DNA of 32,000 nt, taken from contig NC_014972.1 in the NCBI RefSeq assembly GCF_000186885.1, positions 3,810,001 to 3,842,000 on the forward strand, written 5' to 3'. Under the pieces are notes generated by a model, which worked only from the letters and a program-made list of their open reading frames with translations, did not search any database and was not told the origin of the DNA. This document shows, piece after piece, positions 27,110 to 32,000 of the stretch. The stretch is from Desulfobulbus propionicus DSM 2032. GTDB taxonomy: Bacteria; Desulfobacterota; Desulfobulbia; Desulfobulbales; Desulfobulbaceae. Made by a program: the position numbers and the translations under genes. Positions within the stretch are counted from its first letter, which is position 1. Every line of letters begins with the position of its first letter.

Positions 27110-28582
27110 ATGCACACCTTATCGAAACCGCGCACCAAAACGATTCTTGCCTCCTGTCTGCTGTGCCTGACGCTGCTGGCTGGAGGTTTTCATGCTTCCC
27201 ACGCCCAGAGCGAGGAAGACCTGGCCTTGCTGGACCGCAGCGCCAAGGCTTTCTCTTCGGTGGTGAAAAAGGCCGGCCCGGCGGTGGTTCATGTCGGGGT
27301 GGAAAAGGAAACCACCGCCAGGGGCATGGGGCAGTTCCCTTCCGATTTGTTTAACGATCCCTTTTTTGAGCGCTTTTTCGGGCCGCAGTTCCGCCACCCG
27401 CGCACCAACCCCAAGCAGGACAAGCGGACCTTCAAGCAGGAGGCTGCCGGCTCTGGCTTCATCATCGCCAGCGACGGCTACATCCTGACCAACAACCACG
27501 TGGTCGAGGAGGCCAGTAAGATCACTGTCCGCCTGGCCGACCAGCGCGAGTTCCCCGCCAAGGTGGTGGGCACCGATCCTCAGTCGGACGTGGCCATCAT
27601 CAAGATCGACGGCAAGAACCTGCCGGTCCTGCCCCTGGGCAATTCGGACACCCTGGAGGTCGGCGAATGGGTCATAGCCATCGGTAGTCCCTTTGAGCTC
27701 AACCAGACGGTCACCGTTGGCGTGGTCAGCGCCAAGGGCCGCAACCGCATGGGCATCACCGATTACGAGAATTTCATCCAGACCGACGCGGCCATCAACC
27801 CCGGCAATTCGGGTGGGCCGCTGCTCAACATCCACGGCGAGGCCGTGGGCATGAACACCGCAATTTTTTCCCGAAGCGGCGGCTATATGGGCATTGGCTT
27901 CGCTATCCCGATCAACATGGCCAAGAGCATTGAACAGCAGCTGCGCAAGAGCGGCAAGGTCACCCGCGGCTGGTTGGGCATCCTCATTCAGGATGTCAAC
28001 GAGGAGATGGCCAAATCCTTTGGCGGCAAACAGGGCGGCGGCGCCCTGATTTCCGACGTCACCGACGGCTCGCCCGCGCACAAGAACGGCCTGCAGCAGG
28101 GGGACATCATCACCGCCATCAACGGCGAACCGGTGACCGATGTGGCCGACCTGCGCAACAAGATCGCCATGACCCCGCCCAACACCGAGCTGCGGCTGCG
28201 CATCCTGCGCGATGGCCAGGAGAAGGAGCTGACGGTGACCGTGGGCGAGCAGCCCGCCGACATGGCCTCGGTGGCCAAGAAGATGGGCGGTTCGACCTTG
28301 AGCGAACTCGGCCTCTCCCTCCAGGATCTGACCAAGGAGGTGGCCGAGCAGTTCGGTTACAGCAGCAATCAGGGCGTGCTCATCGCCGATGTCGAACAGG
28401 GCAGTGCCGCCGCCGAACTCGGCCTGCAGGCCGGCATGCTGATCGAGGAGGTCAACCGCACCAGGGTCCGCACCCTCAAGGAACTGCAGCAGGCCCTGAA
28501 AAAATCGAGCAATGCCAACCAGGTGCTGTTGCGCATTCGTTCCGGCGAACACAGTCAGTACGTGGTGCTGCAGACCAAATAG
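27110..28582 (+). CDS. degP: Periplasmic serine endoprotease DegP/HtrA family (trypsin-like domain plus two PDZ domains)
   Basis: Signal peptide, catalytic His (LTNNHVV), Asp (DVAIIKI) and Ser (GNSGGPL), then two PDZ-like regions (GWLGILIQDV...; LGLSLQDLT...). ATG 27110 has GGAG upstream. Alternative ATG at 27095. Confidence 0.93.
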   Translation: MHTLSKPRTKTILASCLLCLTLLAGGFHASHAQSEEDLALLDRSAKAFSSVVKKAGPAVVHVGVEKETTARGMGQFPSDLFNDPFFERFFGPQFRHPRTNPKQDKRTFKQEAAGSGFIIASDGYILTNNHVVEEASKITVRLADQREFPAKVVGTDPQSDVAIIKIDGKNLPVLPLGNSDTLEVGEWVIAIGSPFELNQTVTVGVVSAKGRNRMGITDYENFIQTDAAINPGNSGGPLLNIHGEAVGMNTAIFSRSGGYMGIGFAIPINMAKSIEQQLRKSGKVTRGWLGILIQDVNEEMAKSFGGKQGGGALISDVTDGSPAHKNGLQQGDIITAINGEPVTDVADLRNKIAMTPPNTELRLRILRDGQEKELTVTVGEQPADMASVAKKMGGSTLSELGLSLQDLTKEVAEQFGYSSNQGVLIADVEQGSAAAELGLQAGMLIEEVNRTRVRTLKELQQALKKSSNANQVLLRIRSGEHSQYVVLQTK

Positions 28583-28604
28583 GCCTGATCTGCTCTTGCC
28601 GCAC

Positions 28605-28643
28605 ACAGCCGCTGCCGGAACCTCCGGGGCGGCTGTTTTTTTT
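28605..28643 (+). terminator. Rho-independent terminator after degP
   Basis: ACAGCCGC..CCGGA-ACC-TCCGG..GCGGCTGT compound stem (28605-28636) followed by a T8 run. It lies between the convergent degP and kinase genes. Confidence 0.8.
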
Positions 28644-28665
28644 GGGGGGCCGCGAAGGTGATTCG

Positions 28666-31600
28666 TCAGCCGTTCCCTGTTGCTGCCGACCGCAGCAGCT
28701 GTTCGATTTTTTCCTGCAATCCTTGGACGGTGAAGGGCTTTTTGATAAAGGGAAGCTCGCTGTCCCGGTCGTCGAGGACAAGAATGTCTGCGGCATAACC
28801 GGACATGAACAACACCTTGATGTCCGGCCGCCGGGCCAGGATTTGGCGGCTCAATTCCCGGCCGTTCATCTCCGGCATGACCACATCGGTGAGCAGCAGA
28901 TCAATCGTCCGCTCCGCGTCGGCGCAGATGGTCAGAGCCTCCTGCGGAGTCATCGCCACCAGCACGGTGTAGCCGCTCATCTCAAGAATGTCCCTGGCCA
29001 TTTGCCGCACGGTTTCCTCGTCCTCGACCAGCAGGATGGTGCCGCATTTGTCCCGTGCCAGTAGGTGCTGCCGTTCCTCGGTCAGGCCCTCGGAGTGGAC
29101 CGTGCTGCGGGGCAGGAACACCTTGAAGACGGTGCCGACGCCCACCTCGCTCTCGACCAGCACCAGCCCCCTGTTCTGGCTGACGATGCCGTAGATCGTC
29201 GCCAGCCCAAGCCCCGTGCCCTTGCCGCTTTCCTTGGTGGTGTAGAAGGGTTCAAAGATGTGCGCAAGGGTCTCCGGTCCCATGCCGCTGCCGGTGTCGC
29301 TGACCGTCAACCGCACATAGTCGCCCGCCGTGATTTCCGGATAGTGCCGGACAAAGGCGGCATCCAGGTGGACATTGGCGGTCGTCACGGTCAGCAGGCC
29401 GCCCTGCTCCATGGCGTCGCGGGCATTGACCACCAGGTTCATGATCACCTGGTCCACTTGGGTGGGATCCATGTGGATCGGCCACAATCCATCGGCCAGT
29501 CTGACCTCGAAGCGGATGTCCTCGCGGATCAGCCGGCCAAGCCCCTTGTGCACCCCCTTGACCACGGCGTTGAGGTCCAGCACCTGGGGGGAAATGGCCT
29601 CCTGCCGTGAAAAGGCCAGCAGTTGGCGGGTGATGTCTCGCGACTGGGTGGCGGCCCTGATGATTTGATTGAGATAGCCGCGCATTTTGTCCGGGCTCGG
29701 TTGGCTGCTTTTCGCCAGGTCGGCATAGCCGAGAATGACCGACAGCTGGTTGTTGAAGTCGTGGGCCACGCCGCCGGCCAGACGACCGACCGCTTCCATC
29801 TTCTGCGCCTGACGCAGCTGGGCCTCAAGCCTGCGCTTTTCCCGCTCCTCTTCCTTTCGTCCGGTGGTGTCGACCATGATTCCCCGCCGCCACCGTGGCA
29901 CGCCGTTTTCCGCAACCACGGTAACCATGTCTTGCATCCATACTGTCTCGCCGTTTTCCGCCAGGAAACGGTATTCCAGGACATGGTCCTCGCCGGCCCT
30001 GGTCTTGGCTTGGGCATGGGCAGAGACGTGCTCGCGGTCCTCCGGGTGGAGGTGCGCGCGCCAGAACCCCTTCGCCGCCCAGGCTTCCACCGGATAGCCC
30101 AGCAGCCGTTCCGCCTGCCGGCTGACATAGGTGAAGGCAAAGGTGTGCGCATCCGCTTCCCAGACAATGCCGTCCACGGAATCAACCAAATTGACGAAAC
30201 GGGCGCGTTCCGTGCGCAGTTCCTCCTCGATCCGTTTCTTTTCGGTGATATCCCATGCCACCCCCAGCACCCCGAGCAGGCGGCCGGAGTCATCGTAGAT
30301 CGGGGTCTTGATGGTTTCCAGCAGCTCCCGGTGGCCGTCGGCGGCATAGGTGATCCATTCCTCGTTGATCGTCGGCTGCCCGTTGTCGATGGCCTTGCGG
30401 TCGTTGGCCCGGAAAAAATCGGCCTGCTCGCGGGCGACGAAATCGTAATCCGTCTTGCCGACGATATGTGCTTCGCTGGTACCGAAAAACTGTTCAAAGC
30501 GGTTGTTGCAGCTCAGGTAGACGCCATCCGGGTCTTTCATCCAGATCATCGCCGGCACGGTCTGGAGAAGGTTGCGCAGCCGGGCGCGTTCCGTTTCCAA
30601 AACCTGCTGAGCCTGCTTGAGCGCGGTGATATCATGGGCCATGAAGTAAATGCAGTCTTCCCCCCAGACGGTGATCGGCCGCATGAACATCAGGGCATCA
30701 CGCCTGTCGCCGGATTTGGTGGTGAGCACGAATTCATAATTTTCCAGCCATCCCCGCTCATGGATAATGGCCATGGCTCCGGCCCGCGCCTCCTGGGTCC
30801 ACAACCCCAGCCCCACCGAGGTCCGCCCCAGGGTCTCTTCCCGTTCATATCCGGTCATGGCGATGAAACCATCATTCACCTCGAGGAAGCAGCCATCGCT
30901 CATGCGGGTGATGCCGGCCATTTCCGGCATCAGACGAAAGATGGCCGCGTATTTTTGTTCCGAGAGGCGCAATTCCTCCTCGGCCCGTTTGCGGTCGGCC
31001 ACTTCCCGCCGCAGCTCTTGATTGCGTATCTGCTCCCGGGCGGGACGGGCCGCCAGCGACCAGATGAAGGCCGCCACCAACAGGCTGTTGAGCAGGCCGA
31101 TCCAGAACAACGGCGAATCGATCGGCGTTTTCCGCGGCCAGCCGCCTTTGCGCACCGCGCAGATCTGCCACTGCGTTCCGGGAACATTCACCGGCATGCA
31201 GACCGGATTGTCGGCAAACAGCCGCTCCTCCCCGCGCAGGATCAGGCCGGGCCCGCCCTGGTGGTCGACTTTGCGCAGACCGATGGCAAATCCCTTCGTT
31301 GCCTCCACGCCACCGACATCGAGCAGGGCATCGACCCGGGTCACCACCGACACGATCCCCCAGTAACGAGGTTCGGTCCCTGGCGGCCTGTTGGCGGCGG
31401 TGAACACGGGGACTCGGGCGATCAGTCCCTCGCCGCCCTGCACCAGCCGGTGGGGGCCGGCGAGGATGGGGCGTCTGCTGGCCATCGCCTGACGCACGGC
31501 CGCGTACTGCTCCGGGTTGGATGCGTAGCGAAACCCGATGGCCTCCTTGTTGCCTTCGAGGGGAAAGATCATGGCCATCTTGTTGTCGGGGGCGATGCCA

Positions 31601-31986
31601 ATGTTGTGAATCTGGGGATGCCCCTTGATGGCCTGCCGGGCCAGGGCCTCGAACAGATCGTGGCTGATGGTTCCCTGGTGGGCGATGACATCGGCAAGGG
31701 CCGAGGTGGCGCTGAAGACCGTGGCCACGGTGCCTTCCAGGCGGGCGCGGATGGTGGCCAGGTCGTTGAGCGCCTGGCCGCGCGCCTCGCTGATCCGCTG
31801 TTGCGTGTCCAGCAGACCGATCCGCCAGCTGAGCAGGGCGCCCAGCAGCAGCGCCAGGCCGGCCAGGACCCAGGGAATCTGGATGCATCGGGAGATGACG
31901 TTCGCTGTCCTTGGTTGCTCCACATCCGCCTCCCCAAAAATGTCCGGCCCGGAAGGCCCGATGCCGGAGAAGAGCCGAAAATCCAT
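28666..31986 (-). CDS. Hybrid sensor histidine kinase: TM, CHASE-like periplasmic domain, TM, three PAS domains, HisKA, HATPase_c, C-terminal receiver
   Basis: 1106 aa. Two helices (VLAGLALLLGALLSW; FWIGLLNSLLVAAFIWSLAA) flank a ~230-aa domain with CHASE-like features (...IGIAPDNKMAMIFPLEGNKEAIGFRY...RRPILAGPHRLVQGGEGLIARVPVF...YWGIVSVV). Three PAS modules follow. H-box GGVAHDFNNQL, HATPase motifs (NLVVNARDA, DTGSGM, GTGLGLA), and receiver ILLVEDEE...LLLTDVVMPEMNG...FMSGY. Confidence 0.9.
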   Translation of the reverse strand: MDFRLFSGIGPSGPDIFGEADVEQPRTANVISRCIQIPWVLAGLALLLGALLSWRIGLLDTQQRISEARGQALNDLATIRARLEGTVATVFSATSALADVIAHQGTISHDLFEALARQAIKGHPQIHNIGIAPDNKMAMIFPLEGNKEAIGFRYASNPEQYAAVRQAMASRRPILAGPHRLVQGGEGLIARVPVFTAANRPPGTEPRYWGIVSVVTRVDALLDVGGVEATKGFAIGLRKVDHQGGPGLILRGEERLFADNPVCMPVNVPGTQWQICAVRKGGWPRKTPIDSPLFWIGLLNSLLVAAFIWSLAARPAREQIRNQELRREVADRKRAEEELRLSEQKYAAIFRLMPEMAGITRMSDGCFLEVNDGFIAMTGYEREETLGRTSVGLGLWTQEARAGAMAIIHERGWLENYEFVLTTKSGDRRDALMFMRPITVWGEDCIYFMAHDITALKQAQQVLETERARLRNLLQTVPAMIWMKDPDGVYLSCNNRFEQFFGTSEAHIVGKTDYDFVAREQADFFRANDRKAIDNGQPTINEEWITYAADGHRELLETIKTPIYDDSGRLLGVLGVAWDITEKKRIEEELRTERARFVNLVDSVDGIVWEADAHTFAFTYVSRQAERLLGYPVEAWAAKGFWRAHLHPEDREHVSAHAQAKTRAGEDHVLEYRFLAENGETVWMQDMVTVVAENGVPRWRRGIMVDTTGRKEEEREKRRLEAQLRQAQKMEAVGRLAGGVAHDFNNQLSVILGYADLAKSSQPSPDKMRGYLNQIIRAATQSRDITRQLLAFSRQEAISPQVLDLNAVVKGVHKGLGRLIREDIRFEVRLADGLWPIHMDPTQVDQVIMNLVVNARDAMEQGGLLTVTTANVHLDAAFVRHYPEITAGDYVRLTVSDTGSGMGPETLAHIFEPFYTTKESGKGTGLGLATIYGIVSQNRGLVLVESEVGVGTVFKVFLPRSTVHSEGLTEERQHLLARDKCGTILLVEDEETVRQMARDILEMSGYTVLVAMTPQEALTICADAERTIDLLLTDVVMPEMNGRELSRQILARRPDIKVLFMSGYAADILVLDDRDSELPFIKKPFTVQGLQEKIEQLLRSAATGNG

Positions 31987-32000
31987 TGAGATGTATGCGC

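Overview
This is a GC-rich bacterial chromosomal window. Its gene content suggests an anaerobic Desulfuromonadota/Deltaproteobacteria-like organism (inference from gene content only; no search was run). Nearly all of it is core metabolism in tightly packed operons. From left to right: a partial Pal/OmpA-type lipoprotein (-); a polar amino-acid ABC transporter (binding protein, permease, ATPase) plus a small cupin; pyrG-kdsA-kdsC-lptC; dapL; a five-gene Hyb-type periplasmic [NiFe] hydrogenase operon (small subunit, HybA, large subunit, protease, HybB) followed by a small CxxCH protein; a convergent exported protein of unknown family; the cobalamin lower-pathway operon cobO-cobQ-cobD-cbiB; a phoR/phoB-like pair divergent from phoU; a class II photolyase co-oriented with a SlyD-FKBP::methyltransferase fusion; degP/htrA; and a large CHASE-PAS-PAS-PAS hybrid histidine kinase. 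I found no tRNA, rRNA, CRISPR array, transposase, integrase or intact defence system. The only clearly non-core stretch is a lower-GC gap of about 770 bp between dapL and the hydrogenase operon. It holds a frameshifted DUF262/GmrSD-like remnant, an orphan terminator, and a triple TGTGCA inverted-repeat motif upstream of the hydrogenase genes. The observations most worth a second look are modest: (1) the photolyase/FKBP-methyltransferase pairing, (2) a promoter-terminator-pyrG leader, (3) the TGTGCA operator-like array, and (4) the mono-haem protein appended to the hydrogenase operon. I do not see convincing evidence for a new multi-gene system here. The many long ORFs antisense to real genes are GC-bias artefacts.
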